From an uncultured bacterium (lineage in GTDB: Bacteria; Eisenbacteria; RBG-16-71-46), in contig CAYQNV010000081.1 of assembly GCA_964418975.1 (NCBI GenBank), forward strand, positions 26,194 through 90,193: 64,000 nt of DNA, in the 5' to 3' direction. Made by a program: the position numbers and the translations under genes. Below the pieces are notes generated by a model. The model did not search any database. It was given only the letters and a program-made list of their open reading frames with translations, and was not told where the DNA came from. Shown in pieces: positions 8,468 through 19,006 of this stretch (its first letter is position 1; each line of letters opens with the position of its first letter).

Positions 8468-11221
8468 TCATCCACGCCGGAATGAAGCAACCTTCAACAG
8501 TGCGTGCAGCTTGCGATTGAGCGGATGATCCTCGTCCGCGTGCACCCAGACGGTCCGCAGTTGCTGAAGCACCTGCCGGGCGCGGTCGTACCGCCGGGTC
8601 CGAATCAGTGCATCCCCCAATCCGAGCAGCGCCTCCGGCGCGCGCGGGTTCAATCGGAGCGCGCGCTCGAACTCGGGTATGGCCTGTCGCGAGTCGCCAG
8701 CGGCCACCAGCGCGGACGCGAGCGCGGTGCGGAAGAAAGGGTCGTCGCCCGGGCTCGCATAGCGGAGGGCAGCTTGGAACCACGCCGCGGCTCCCCGTGG
8801 CTCGGCGCCGGCAAGGGCGATCATTCCACGCAGGTGGTGATAGAAACGACGACGCATCCGATCGTCTGGATCGAGAGTGTTCTGCCCCGAGGTCGAGAAC
8901 TGCCTGACGATCGCGCGAGCATGCTGGCTGGCGCTCAGCGTGTCGCGCGCGCCCGCGGCAAGTAGGCCCGCGAGCCAGTGATTGTAGGCATCCGGCTGGT
9001 CTCGGAGAGGACCCGTCATCAGCCTCGAGCCCTCGGCGAATCGTTCGCGAAGGAATGCGACATACGCGCGATACGACGTGCCACGGGTCGAGGAACGGTA
9101 CAGGTCGGGCTGGCGCTCGAGTGCGCGGTAAATGCTGTCGGCGGCGTGCAGCCGTCCGAGGTCAGCGAGCAGCACCCCTCGCATCAGGAGGTCGGCGGAC
9201 GGGCGGCGGAGCGCCAGCGAATCGCACAGTGCCAATGCGATCTCGTAGTCGCCGAGCAGGAAGTGGAGGCCGATCAGCGAATGAAGTGGTCCCATTTCAT
9301 CTGGGAACTCCTTGCGCCAGCCTTCTACCAGCGCCAATGCCTTGTCCCGGTGTCCGGTGTTCACATAGTCGTTTGCCCAAGCCGGATAGTACGAGTAATC
9401 GAACGGGTTCAGCCGGTGGATGACCGCGTACTCCGAGGCGGCTTCGCTGAACCGGCGCTCGGCCTCGAAGATCTCCGCGAGCGAAGCACGTGCCATGAGA
9501 TCACCCGGGTCCACATTCAGGAGCGCCTCGTACTTCGCCTTGGCCGCATCGAGTTGGTCGTCCTCCAGCAGCTGCTGCGCCTCGACCAGTGTGCGGGTTC
9601 GGGCCGAGGCCTTGAAGCGGTGCTGCATCGCAAGAGAGAGGTGCCGCTCGTGCTCGCGATGCTCCGGAGTCAGTTGAGCAAGCAGCAAGTGTGCGTCTGT
9701 GAAGCTCGAGTCCACGGCAGTGGCCTGGCGCAAGCTTCCGAGCGCGGCATGGACGTCGTTCATCTCGTTGCGCTCGAGGGCCTGGTGGTAGTGCTGCAGC
9801 GCGTCAAGCGAGGTGGTCAGCGTCTGGCCGCTGGGGCGGTCCTCGCGCGGTCGCCTCGAGCCGGGTCCGCCGATGTGCGTGGCGATCGACGCGGCGAACA
9901 CATCCACCATGGGATAGAACTGCGACCGTAGATCGGAAAGGTCGCGAGACCAGCTGCGGACCAGCGTGCCGCGGTGCACGTCGATTAGGTCGCAGTTCAC
10001 ACGCACCAGGCCGGCGCGCGATTCCACGGTTCCGGTGGTCATGTAACGCGCGCCAAGCTGCCTGGCGATGCCCGATTCGGTCGACGGCGCGAAGCCCGCG
10101 GCGATACGCGGTCCGACGGCGAGGGCCGAAGCCACGGTCTGGCGGCTCACCACGTTCAAGCCTTCCCTCCCGCTTAAGGCGCGGATCAGGCAGTCCATGA
10201 TTCCGCCACAAAGCCAGACCATCGACGAGTCTCCGGTCGTGTTCTCCCATCGCATCACCAGGACCGTGGGCTGGGCCAGGGAGTCTCGACGCGAGACGAA
10301 GTAGCCCGCTACGGCGATCAAGCTGAGCACAAGGACCACCGTCACCGGTCGGCGAGGGATCCGGCGGCGAACGTGGATCGGCTTGGTCACGGCGTCGCTG
10401 CTCGCGTTCAAGCCACGCCGAACGGTTTCGAGGTCCAAGAGCATCTCCGCCATGCTCGAATAGCGGTCCCGAGGATTCTTCTCCAGCGCTCGAGTCACGA
10501 TCAACTCGAGATCCGTGGGAACGTCCAGACGTACGCTCGAAACCGAGGGCGGCTTCGTGTTCAGAATGTTATGGAGCACAGCGGCCTCGCCGTCACCGGC
10601 GGCGGGGGGCGACTCGGTCAGCAGTTCGAAAAGAAGTACGCCGAGTGCATAGACGTCCGTGCGAGGGTCCGGGCGCTCCCCGCGCACCTGCTCGGGGGCC
10701 ATGTACCGAAGGGTTCCGACGAGGCCGCCCCGCATCGTCAATGCAGTGCGATCCATGAGGTGCGCCACGCCGAAGTCCAGCACCTTGCATGCCCCGCCCG
10801 ACGTCTGCATCACATTGTCGGGCTTGAGATCCCGGTGAACGACGTCGATGGCGTGCGCTGCTCGAAGGCCTGCCGCCACCTCGCAGCCGATGCGAACGAC
10901 CTCGTCGATCGGCACTGTCCCCTGCCGCAGGCGCTCGCGCAGCGACTTTCCATTCACGTACTGCATGACGATGTAGTAGGTGTCGTCCTGCTGAAGCACC
11001 TCGAACAACGTGATGACGTTGGGGTGATCGATCCGGGAGATCGCCTGGGCTTCGCGCAGGAACCGCTCGGCCGCCGCAAATCCGTCGAAGTGGGACGGCT
11101 TCAAAACCTTGATGGCGACCTGGCGAGGGAGGTTCAGGTCCTGCGCCTTCCAGACGGCGCCCATTCCCCCCTCGCCGATCAGCTCGAGGATGCGGTAGTG
11201 CGAGACCTGTTGTCCCACCAC
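8468..11221 (-). CDS. Ser/Thr protein kinase + TM + TolB-N-like sensor + TPR repeats
   Basis: YRILELIGEGGMGAVWKAQD, AIKVLK, HRDLKPDNVM, DFGVA. TM VVLVLSLIAVAGYFV. Then LVMRWENTTGDS...LCGGIMDCLIRAL. TPR-like C-terminus. Confidence 0.9.
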   Translation of the reverse strand: MVGQQVSHYRILELIGEGGMGAVWKAQDLNLPRQVAIKVLKPSHFDGFAAAERFLREAQAISRIDHPNVITLFEVLQQDDTYYIVMQYVNGKSLRERLRQGTVPIDEVVRIGCEVAAGLRAAHAIDVVHRDLKPDNVMQTSGGACKVLDFGVAHLMDRTALTMRGGLVGTLRYMAPEQVRGERPDPRTDVYALGVLLFELLTESPPAAGDGEAAVLHNILNTKPPSVSSVRLDVPTDLELIVTRALEKNPRDRYSSMAEMLLDLETVRRGLNASSDAVTKPIHVRRRIPRRPVTVVLVLSLIAVAGYFVSRRDSLAQPTVLVMRWENTTGDSSMVWLCGGIMDCLIRALSGREGLNVVSRQTVASALAVGPRIAAGFAPSTESGIARQLGARYMTTGTVESRAGLVRVNCDLIDVHRGTLVRSWSRDLSDLRSQFYPMVDVFAASIATHIGGPGSRRPREDRPSGQTLTTSLDALQHYHQALERNEMNDVHAALGSLRQATAVDSSFTDAHLLLAQLTPEHREHERHLSLAMQHRFKASARTRTLVEAQQLLEDDQLDAAKAKYEALLNVDPGDLMARASLAEIFEAERRFSEAASEYAVIHRLNPFDYSYYPAWANDYVNTGHRDKALALVEGWRKEFPDEMGPLHSLIGLHFLLGDYEIALALCDSLALRRPSADLLMRGVLLADLGRLHAADSIYRALERQPDLYRSSTRGTSYRAYVAFLRERFAEGSRLMTGPLRDQPDAYNHWLAGLLAAGARDTLSASQHARAIVRQFSTSGQNTLDPDDRMRRRFYHHLRGMIALAGAEPRGAAAWFQAALRYASPGDDPFFRTALASALVAAGDSRQAIPEFERALRLNPRAPEALLGLGDALIRTRRYDRARQVLQQLRTVWVHADEDHPLNRKLHALLKVASFRRG

Positions 11222-11600
11222 GCGGTCCTCCCCGCCTTCAACGAGGCGTTGTCGGACGTGAACCGTGGCGGGCAGAGGATGAGCGTCTCAGCGGAGGGAC
11301 AAAGAATCACCACGGGGCACACGAAAAGTCGCCTGTACGAATTGCGTACTTGCGAGGGTATTCCCCGGCGTGCCGGCTCCCAAGCGCTTTCTCGGCCCCG
11401 TCCGACCGTCCCGGCATTGGTCCACCGTCCAGAGTCGGATGAAAGTCCACTCGCAGTCGGCCGCCTGGAACATGGCGTTCGCACGTGTGCTAGCGTTCCC
11501 GCACTCTCACAAGTCTGACTACAGCCTTCCGGGGAGCTGTTCCGAGTCCCTCGGATGGCCCCAGCCAGACCGCCCTCCACCGCTCACTCGGGATGATTTC

Positions 11601-14261
11601 ATGGCCCTCGTCACCGGCTCGCGCCTTGGACCCTACGAGATCCTCAACCCCCTCGGCGCCGGAGGCATGGGTGAGGTGTACAAAGCGCGCGACACCCGCC
11701 TCGAGCGCATCGTCGCCATCAAGGTGCTGCCCACGCACCTCGCCGACCGACCCGATCTGCGGCAGCGATTCGAGCGAGAGGCGAAGGCCATCTCGAGCCT
11801 CTCCCACCCGAATATCTGCACACTGTTCGACGTGGGCCAGGAATCAGGCGTGGACTACCTGGTAATGGAGCATCTCGAGGGCGAGACGCTGGCCGAGCGG
11901 CTCACCCGCGGACCGCTGCCCGCCGAGCAGGCATTGCGGCATGGCATCGAGATCGCCTCGGCGCTCGACAAGGCGCATCGTCAGGGCATCGTGCACCGCG
12001 ACCTGAAGCCCGGGAACGTGATCCTCACGCGTGGCGGCGCCAAGGTGCTGGACTTCGGGCTCGCAAAGATCGCCGCAGGGCCCGCCTCGGGCGCGGCGCT
12101 CGACGCGCTCACCTCGCTGCCGACCGCGTTGCCGGGCAGCGGCCCGCTCACCAGCGAAGGCACACTGCTCGGCACGTTCCAGTACATGTCGCCCGAGCAA
12201 CTGGAAGGCGCTGAGGCCGACGCGCGCAGCGACGTGTTCGCACTGGGTGCGGTTCTCTACGAGATGGCCAGCGGGCGGCCGGCGTTTCAGGGGAAGAGCC
12301 GCGCGAGCTTGATCTCGGCGATCATGTCCGCCGAGCCGCAGCCGCTCATGGCGGTGCAGCCACTGGCGCCGCCCGCGCTCGACCGCGTCATCCGCACCTG
12401 TCTCGCCAAGGACCCCGACGCCCGCATCCAGACCGCGCACGACGTCATGCTGCAGCTGCAATGGATTGCGGAGGGCGGTTCGCAGGCAGGCGTGCCCGCG
12501 CCGCTGGCGGCGCGGCGCAAGGGTCGAGAGCGGCTCGCGTGGGGCATCGCGGTAGTCTCGCTGCTCGCCACCGCAGCGCTCGCATTCGTACTCGGCCGCA
12601 GTGCGAAGGGTCCCGCGGAGATCGCGCGACTTCAAGTGACGCTGCCGCGCTCCCTCGCTCAGCTTGGGTCGCCACGGATCTCGCCTGACGGCCGCTACAT
12701 CGCTTTCGACGGCTTCGACTCGACCGGACGTGCATTGGTCTGGATACGACCGATGGGATCGCTCGCGGCCGAGCCGATCCCCTCGACCGAGGGCCTTAGC
12801 GCCCGGCCGTTCTGGTCGCCCGACAGCCGGTACATCGCGTTCATGGCCGGCGGCAAGCTCAAGAAGGTGGCCGTCACGGGCGGGCCCGCGCAGACGATCT
12901 GCGACGCCCCCAGCGGCTACGACGGCGCCTGGAGCAGCAAGGGCGTGATCGCATTCGACGGTGGTGGTGCCGATCCGCTGCGCCAGGTGTCCGCAGCCGG
13001 CGGCGTGCCATCGGTGGTCGTGCCGAGCGATTCGGGGAGCGTGGGCTGGCCCGAGTTCCTCCCCGACGGTCGGCACATGCTGTACCTGCGGCTTCAGAGC
13101 GCCGGCGGGAACCAGATCTGGTTGGCCGACCTGCAGACGGGCAAACGCCGATTGCTCGGTCCCGGCGGCAGTCGCGCCGTGTACTCGCCCGCGGGCTACC
13201 TGCTCTATGTAAAGGAGCGCACGATGCTCGCGCAGCCCTTCGATGCGCGCTCGCTCCGCCTCAAGGGAGAACCCGTGCCGGTGGTGGACGGGGTCGGTGC
13301 GGGTGGCAATGGATTGGCTCATTTCTCGGTGTCCGACAACGGGGTGCTGGCGTATTCCTCCGTGGGGGGATCGAACCGCTCGCAGTTGGTGTGGATGGAC
13401 CGTGGTGGCCGAGCCCTGTCCCCTGTCGGGCCGCAGGGGAACATCCTCAATATCCAGCTCGCACCCGACGGAAGGCGCGTCGCCGCGAGGATCTCGGACC
13501 CGCAGACCTCGAATCGCGACATCTGGCTCCTGGATCCGGACCGCGGGACGAACACTCGCTTCACGTTCGACCCGGCCACGGACAACAATCCGCACTGGTC
13601 ACCCGACGGGAGTCGGATCGCGTTCAGCTCGGATCGAAATGGCGGTGTGACCAATCTCTACCAAAAGCGCTCGAGCGGCACCGGTGCGGACGAGTCGCTG
13701 CTCGTCACGCCGTACAACAAGGCCCTCACCTGCTGGTCGCGAGACGATCGGTATCTCGCCTACCAGGAGGAGAATCCCACGACCAGCCTGGACATCGGCG
13801 TGCTGCCATTGTTCGGCGATCGGAAGCCGTTCACGTTCCTGAGCACCACCTTCATCGAGGGCCAAGCCACGTTCTCTCCGGACTCGCGCTGGATCGCCTA
13901 TGCCTCCGACGAGTCCGGGCGGTTCGAGATCTACGTGCAGGAGTTCCCCGGTCCCGGCGGCAAGTGGCAGGTCTCGACCCGAGGCGGATTCCAGCCGACG
14001 TGGCGAGCCGACGGTCGCGAGCTCTATTACCTCGCCACGGACGGCAGGCTCATGGCGGCGTCCGTCTCGACCGAGGGTGGCCTCGCCGTGGGGGTCCCCA
14101 CGGTGCTGTTCAACACGCGCATCACGCTCTCGGCCTCGACCTCTCAATACATCGCCGCGGCGGACGGCCAGCGATTCCTGGTGATCACGCAGGAGGGCGA
14201 CTCGGCGCCTTCGCCCCTGACCCTGGTGCTCAACTGGGACGCGGAGATGAAGCGTCGGTAG
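11601..14261 (+). CDS. Ser/Thr protein kinase + TM + TolB-like (PD40/WD40-like) beta-propeller
   Basis: MALVTGSRLGPYEILNPLGAGGMGEVYKARD, HRDLKPGNVIL, DFGLAK. TM IAVVSLLATAALAFVL. PD40 repeats: ISPDGRYIAFDG, WSPDSRYIAFMAGG, WSPDGSRIAFSSDRNG, FSPDSRWIAYASDESG. Confidence 0.9.
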   Translation: MALVTGSRLGPYEILNPLGAGGMGEVYKARDTRLERIVAIKVLPTHLADRPDLRQRFEREAKAISSLSHPNICTLFDVGQESGVDYLVMEHLEGETLAERLTRGPLPAEQALRHGIEIASALDKAHRQGIVHRDLKPGNVILTRGGAKVLDFGLAKIAAGPASGAALDALTSLPTALPGSGPLTSEGTLLGTFQYMSPEQLEGAEADARSDVFALGAVLYEMASGRPAFQGKSRASLISAIMSAEPQPLMAVQPLAPPALDRVIRTCLAKDPDARIQTAHDVMLQLQWIAEGGSQAGVPAPLAARRKGRERLAWGIAVVSLLATAALAFVLGRSAKGPAEIARLQVTLPRSLAQLGSPRISPDGRYIAFDGFDSTGRALVWIRPMGSLAAEPIPSTEGLSARPFWSPDSRYIAFMAGGKLKKVAVTGGPAQTICDAPSGYDGAWSSKGVIAFDGGGADPLRQVSAAGGVPSVVVPSDSGSVGWPEFLPDGRHMLYLRLQSAGGNQIWLADLQTGKRRLLGPGGSRAVYSPAGYLLYVKERTMLAQPFDARSLRLKGEPVPVVDGVGAGGNGLAHFSVSDNGVLAYSSVGGSNRSQLVWMDRGGRALSPVGPQGNILNIQLAPDGRRVAARISDPQTSNRDIWLLDPDRGTNTRFTFDPATDNNPHWSPDGSRIAFSSDRNGGVTNLYQKRSSGTGADESLLVTPYNKALTCWSRDDRYLAYQEENPTTSLDIGVLPLFGDRKPFTFLSTTFIEGQATFSPDSRWIAYASDESGRFEIYVQEFPGPGGKWQVSTRGGFQPTWRADGRELYYLATDGRLMAASVSTEGGLAVGVPTVLFNTRITLSASTSQYIAAADGQRFLVITQEGDSAPSPLTLVLNWDAEMKRR

Positions 14262-14277
14262 TGCGCGCGACGGCGCG

Positions 14278-16149
14278 CTAGTTCACACCCACGCGCTCAC
14301 ACCAGATCCCGAGCGAGAGTAACGCCCACAGCGTTCCCTCTGTCGCACCGCCATAGGCCTGCGGCGGATGGGACAGCCACGACTCGACGCCGGGAAGCAT
14401 CCGCCGGATCGAATCCACGCCGAGGATGTGCTGCTTGACCGCTTCGCGATCGCGGGCGATGACCTCGGGGAGCCGCGCGTAGGTGAACCCGCGCTTGCGG
14501 CGCTGGCTCACCTCCCGTGGCAGCTTGCCGCGCGCCCACTCACGCAGGACGAGCTTGGTGTTGGCGCGCCCGGGGAACCTTCCGACGCGCATCGAGCGCG
14601 GCAGCGCCAGTGCGAACTCCACCAGATCGCGATCGAGGAACGGCATGCGCAGCTCGGCCGAGGAGTCCATCGCCGTCGAGTCGGCGTAAGTGAGGATGTT
14701 GGTGGACAGGAACGTGTGCAGCATGACTTCCTGCATCCGATCCAGGTCGCACGAGTCATCCGCGCAGTTCGCATAGAGCGCATCGATCTGCCGGAGGTAC
14801 TCGGGCGAGACGTCGGGCCGCGCGTAGAGCTCGCGCAGTTCTCCGGGCGAGAGCGCCCGGTTGATCATGTAGCGCACGGCCTCGGGAGCGCGCCGGTGCG
14901 GGCGCTCACGCAGTCGCTGGAGCAGGGCACCCGGGCTTTCGGATCCGTTCGCAAGGCGCTTGAGGTCGCGACCTAGCCACGACGCGGGCAGGAACGCGAG
15001 CCGGTGGAGCGCGGCGAGCCGGAAGCGCTCCTTGCTCAGCCAGTAGCCCCCGAGCAGTTCGTCGCTGCCGTGGCCGCACAGAAACACCGTGGCGTGCTCG
15101 CGAGCGCGGCGGATGAGCGTCCAGGTGGCCACCGAAGCGCCGTCCCCGACGGGTTCGGTGAACGAACGAAACGTCTCGCGAATCAACTCCATGCGCTCTT
15201 CGGCGGTGGCGCGCACGATCGTGGCGCCGTCAGTCGCGTCCACACTTGCGGTCGCGCCCGCGCGCGCCGCGTGCTCGTCTGTTGCGTCGAACGTGAAGCA
15301 ACGAGGCGCAACGCCCTGCTCGGCGAGCGAGGCGCGGATGCTGTTGCTGTCGATGCCATCCGAGAGCAGCAGCGCCACCGGCACGTCGCTCACCAGGCAG
15401 CGACTTGTCGCACGGGCGAGATGCTGTCCGAACTCCTCCACCAGGTCGGCGCGGCTCCGGCTCGGCGGAGGGCGGAACGCCGGCGAGTACCAGCGCCGCA
15501 CGTCCAACCCGGTCGAGTCCGCACGCAGGAGCTCGCCGCCGGCAAGCTTCTGCACTTCTCGCAGGATCGTGCGCGGCGGGAGCACGTAGCGCGTGGAGAC
15601 CAGCTCGAACAACGCGCTGTCGTCGATCTCGCGCGGCACCCATGGGGCTTTCGCAAGGGCCGCCACGCTCGACGCGAACGTGAGCGTGTCGGCGGAGCGA
15701 TGGAAGAACAGCGGCTTCTCGCCGAAGCGGTCGCGCGCCAGCCACAGCCGCTCGTCCCTGCGATCCCACATGGCGAACGCCCACTGCCCCACCATGCGGT
15801 CGAGCGCGCCCTCGCCCCAGCGCTCCCAGGCGTGCAGGATCACCTCGGTGTCGGAGTGCGATCTTAGGTTGCGCTCGGACAGCCCCAGCTCGCCGGCCAA
15901 CTCGCGATAGTTGTAGATCTCGCCGTTGAACGTGATGAGGAAGCGACCATTCAACCCGCGCATGGGCTGGTGGCCGGCCGGGCTCAGGTCGAGGATGGCG
16001 AGGCGGCGGTTCCCTAGCGTGGCACGGCCATCATGGACCACGCCCTGGTCGTCGGGGCCGCGGCGCACGATCTCGGCGCACATGGAAGTGACGACAGAAG
16101 TGTCGTCGTGCTCGTCACGAAGGCGGAGGACTCCGGCGATGCCGCACAC
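14278..16149 (-). CDS. asnB: Asparagine synthase (glutamine-hydrolysing)
   Basis: MCGIAG Ntn-amidotransferase start. ~620 aa. SDGIDSNS-type PP-loop region. Overall AsnB architecture. Confidence 0.9.
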   Translation of the reverse strand: MCGIAGVLRLRDEHDDTSVVTSMCAEIVRRGPDDQGVVHDGRATLGNRRLAILDLSPAGHQPMRGLNGRFLITFNGEIYNYRELAGELGLSERNLRSHSDTEVILHAWERWGEGALDRMVGQWAFAMWDRRDERLWLARDRFGEKPLFFHRSADTLTFASSVAALAKAPWVPREIDDSALFELVSTRYVLPPRTILREVQKLAGGELLRADSTGLDVRRWYSPAFRPPPSRSRADLVEEFGQHLARATSRCLVSDVPVALLLSDGIDSNSIRASLAEQGVAPRCFTFDATDEHAARAGATASVDATDGATIVRATAEERMELIRETFRSFTEPVGDGASVATWTLIRRAREHATVFLCGHGSDELLGGYWLSKERFRLAALHRLAFLPASWLGRDLKRLANGSESPGALLQRLRERPHRRAPEAVRYMINRALSPGELRELYARPDVSPEYLRQIDALYANCADDSCDLDRMQEVMLHTFLSTNILTYADSTAMDSSAELRMPFLDRDLVEFALALPRSMRVGRFPGRANTKLVLREWARGKLPREVSQRRKRGFTYARLPEVIARDREAVKQHILGVDSIRRMLPGVESWLSHPPQAYGGATEGTLWALLSLGIWCERVGVN

Positions 16150-16333
16150 GATCCGGCGACCCTATCACGAGTCGGGATCCACGTTGCGCGGACCCACTCG
16201 AACCGGAGTCCCGAGTCCGACACAGACCTGAGCGGACGCGCGTGCCGGGGTATACTCCCCCGCGCCGTTGCGCCGCAGTCGCGCCCTCGACCCTCGCCGC
16301 AATTCCCGTCGCCTTCCCGTTCGGAGATCCCCG

Positions 16334-18979
16334 ATGCCGCTGGCCGCCGGTACCCGCCTTGGTCCCTACCAGATCGTCGGCCCGCTCGGAGTGGGAGGCA
16401 TGGGCGAGGTCTACCGCGCCCGCGACACGCGGCTCGACCGTGACGTGGCCATCAAGGTCGTCACCGACACCATGGCCGTCACGCCCGAGGTGCGAGCGCG
16501 CTTCGAGCGCGAGGCGAAGACCATCTCGAGCCTCAACCACCCCAACATCTGCACGTTGTTCGACGTGGGGCACCAGGACGGCCTCGACTACCTGGTGATG
16601 GAGTTGCTCGAGGGCGAGACGCTGGCGGCCCGCCTCGAGCGCGGGCCGATGGCTGCGAACGAGCTGCTCAAGATCGGCATCCAGATCTCGGACGCGCTCG
16701 AGAAGGCGCACCGGCAGCGTCTCGTGCACCGCGACTTGAAGCCCGGCAACATCATGTTGACGAAGAGCGGTGCGAAGCTGTTGGACTTTGGCCTCGCGCG
16801 CCCGGTGGGCATGGGTGCCACGCCGGGTGTGTCGCAGACGCCCACCATGACGCGACCGCTCACGGCCGAGGGATCGATCGTCGGGACGTTCCACTACATG
16901 GCGCCGGAACAGCTGGAGGGGGCCGAGCCGGAGCCGCGCACCGACCTGTGGGCGCTGGGCGTGACGCTCTACGAGATGGCCACGGGCCGGCACGCGTTCG
17001 AGGGCCGCACGCAGGCTTCGTTGATCTCCGCCATCATGAAGGACGAGCTACGCCCGCTCGCCGAGATCCAGCCGTTGACGCCCCCGGGGCTCGATCGCGT
17101 TATCCGGCAATGTCTCGCCAAGGATCCCGAAGAACGCATCCAGACTGCGCACGACGTGCGACTCCAGCTGCAGTGGGTGCTGGAGGGCGGTTCGCAGGCG
17201 GGAGTGCCTGCGCCCGTGGCCGAACGGCGCCGAAAGCGCGAACGCGTCACGGCGATCCTCGCCGCCGCGGGCGTGCTGGCCGCGGTACTTGCCGTGGGCT
17301 GGAACCTGACGCACAGGCCCGCACCGGCCCAGCCCATCCGATTCCAGTTCGAGCCGCCCACCTCGATCCACTCGCTTGACGCGCCGCGAGTCTCTCCGGA
17401 CGGCCGATTCATCGCATTCAATGCCACCGATTCGACCGGCGTCACGCGTATCTGGCTGCGTCCGCTCGGTGCATTGGAGCCCACGCCCATCCCCGGCACC
17501 GAGGGCAGCACGCGGCCGTTCTGGTCCCCGGACAGTCGTTACCTCGGCTTCGTGGCGGGCGGAAAGCTGAAAAAGGTGCAGGCCTCCGGCGGCCCGCCGA
17601 TCGTGATCTGCGATGCGCCGACCGGCTCGGACGGGACCTGGGGCAGGCGCGATGTCATCCTGTTCGATGGCCGCGGAGAGGATCCCCTTTACATGGTCGC
17701 CGCGGGAGGCGGCGTACCCGTGGCGTTGATGGCTCGCGATTCGGCCCAGGGCGAGACGGCGGTGGGCTGGCCGGAGTTCCTGCCCGATGGCCGGCACTTC
17801 CTGTTCCTCACCACGGGCCGCAAGTCCATGCTGCGGGTGGGCGACATCGAGTCCAAGCAGACGCGCGAGCTGTTTCCGTGCGATTCGCGGGCGCAGTACG
17901 CACAGCCCGGCTTTATCCTGCTGTCGCGCAACGGCACGCTCGTGGCCCAGCCGTTCGACGCGCGTTCGCGGAAGACCCAGGGCGATCCGGTTCCGGTCGC
18001 CGAACAGGTGCTCACCAATTCCGTCGGCGGCGCGGACTTCTCGGTGTCCGACAACGGCGTGCTCGCGTTCGCGTCGCGTGGCGGCGCGCTGGGGCAGGTC
18101 ACGCAACTCGATCGCAGCGGTCGAACGGTCGCCACGCTCTCGGGCAATCTGGACGTGCTGGCCCCCGCGCTCTCGCCCGACGGGCGTCGAATCGCGGTGC
18201 GCATGCGCGATCTCTCCACCTCGACCCGCGACATCTGGGTGCTCGATATCGCGCGCGGAGTCTCCTCCCGGCTCACGTTCGATCCGCGCAACGAGAACTA
18301 TCCCGTGTGGTCTCCAGACGGCAGCCAACTCCTTTATTACTCCGATGTCGCGGACGCGCCCGGGCTGCACGTCCGGCCGGCCACGGGCGCCGGGCGCAGC
18401 GAGCGTGTGCTGGCATCCACGGGTGGCGAATACGTGACCTCCGATTGGTCGAGGGATGGCCGACTCGCCTTCTTCGAGAAGTCCTCGGACAAGACCCGCC
18501 AGGACATCTGGGTGCTGCCCATGACGGGTGACCGCTTGCCCTACCCGTTCCTTACCGGGCCCTATGACGAGACTCAGGGCCGCATCTCGCCGGACGGCCG
18601 CTGGTTGGCTTACACATCGGACGAGTCCGGCCGGACCGAGGTGTACGTGCAGTCCTTCCCCGAGCCAGGAGGTAAATGGCAGGTGTCCACGAACGGCGGC
18701 TCGGATCCGTGCTGGCGCGAGGACGGCAAGGAGCTCTTCTACCTGTCCTCGGATCAGCAGCTCATGTCCATGCCCCTCGCAGCGTCGGCGACGACGTTCG
18801 AGGTGGTGATCCCGCAATCGCTCTTCTCCGTGCGCCTGCTGCTTCCGGTGGGGCCACGGAACCATTACGCGGTCACGCCCGATGGCCAGAGGTTCTACGC
18901 GATCACACCCATCCAGGGCGGTTCGGTGGGCACGACCACCGTGGTGGTGCACTGGGCGCCGGCGACGCGAAGTCGCTAG
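16334..18979 (+). CDS. Ser/Thr protein kinase + TM + TolB-like beta-propeller (paralog of 11601..14261)
   Basis: MPLAAGTRLGPYQIVGPLGVGGMGEVYRARD. ~70% identity to K3 across the kinase core. PD40 repeats VSPDGRFIAFNA, WSPDSRYLGFVAGG, LSPDGRRIAVRM, WSPDGSQLLYYSD, ISPDGRWLAYTSDESG. Confidence 0.9.
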   Translation: MPLAAGTRLGPYQIVGPLGVGGMGEVYRARDTRLDRDVAIKVVTDTMAVTPEVRARFEREAKTISSLNHPNICTLFDVGHQDGLDYLVMELLEGETLAARLERGPMAANELLKIGIQISDALEKAHRQRLVHRDLKPGNIMLTKSGAKLLDFGLARPVGMGATPGVSQTPTMTRPLTAEGSIVGTFHYMAPEQLEGAEPEPRTDLWALGVTLYEMATGRHAFEGRTQASLISAIMKDELRPLAEIQPLTPPGLDRVIRQCLAKDPEERIQTAHDVRLQLQWVLEGGSQAGVPAPVAERRRKRERVTAILAAAGVLAAVLAVGWNLTHRPAPAQPIRFQFEPPTSIHSLDAPRVSPDGRFIAFNATDSTGVTRIWLRPLGALEPTPIPGTEGSTRPFWSPDSRYLGFVAGGKLKKVQASGGPPIVICDAPTGSDGTWGRRDVILFDGRGEDPLYMVAAGGGVPVALMARDSAQGETAVGWPEFLPDGRHFLFLTTGRKSMLRVGDIESKQTRELFPCDSRAQYAQPGFILLSRNGTLVAQPFDARSRKTQGDPVPVAEQVLTNSVGGADFSVSDNGVLAFASRGGALGQVTQLDRSGRTVATLSGNLDVLAPALSPDGRRIAVRMRDLSTSTRDIWVLDIARGVSSRLTFDPRNENYPVWSPDGSQLLYYSDVADAPGLHVRPATGAGRSERVLASTGGEYVTSDWSRDGRLAFFEKSSDKTRQDIWVLPMTGDRLPYPFLTGPYDETQGRISPDGRWLAYTSDESGRTEVYVQSFPEPGGKWQVSTNGGSDPCWREDGKELFYLSSDQQLMSMPLAASATTFEVVIPQSLFSVRLLLPVGPRNHYAVTPDGQRFYAITPIQGGSVGTTTVVVHWAPATRSR

Positions 18980-19006
18980 CGCAGGAGTGGCCGGCGCGCC
19001 GACGAC

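Noticed and set aside
7964-8485. 173-aa plus-strand ORF overlapping the small minus-strand gene 7955..8401
   Set aside because: R/H/P/G-rich, with no SD before its start. The minus-strand frame has GGAGG-ATG and more protein-like composition. Only one of the two can be real.
11844-13595. 583-aa minus-strand ORF antisense to kinase K3
   Set aside because: It completely overlaps a well-supported kinase / PD40 gene. R/A/G/H-rich low-complexity translation typical of the antisense frame of high-GC coding DNA. No motifs.
17048-18952. 634-aa minus-strand ORF antisense to kinase K4
   Set aside because: Same reasoning: antisense of a confidently called gene, Arg/Gly/Ala/His-rich, no recognisable domains.
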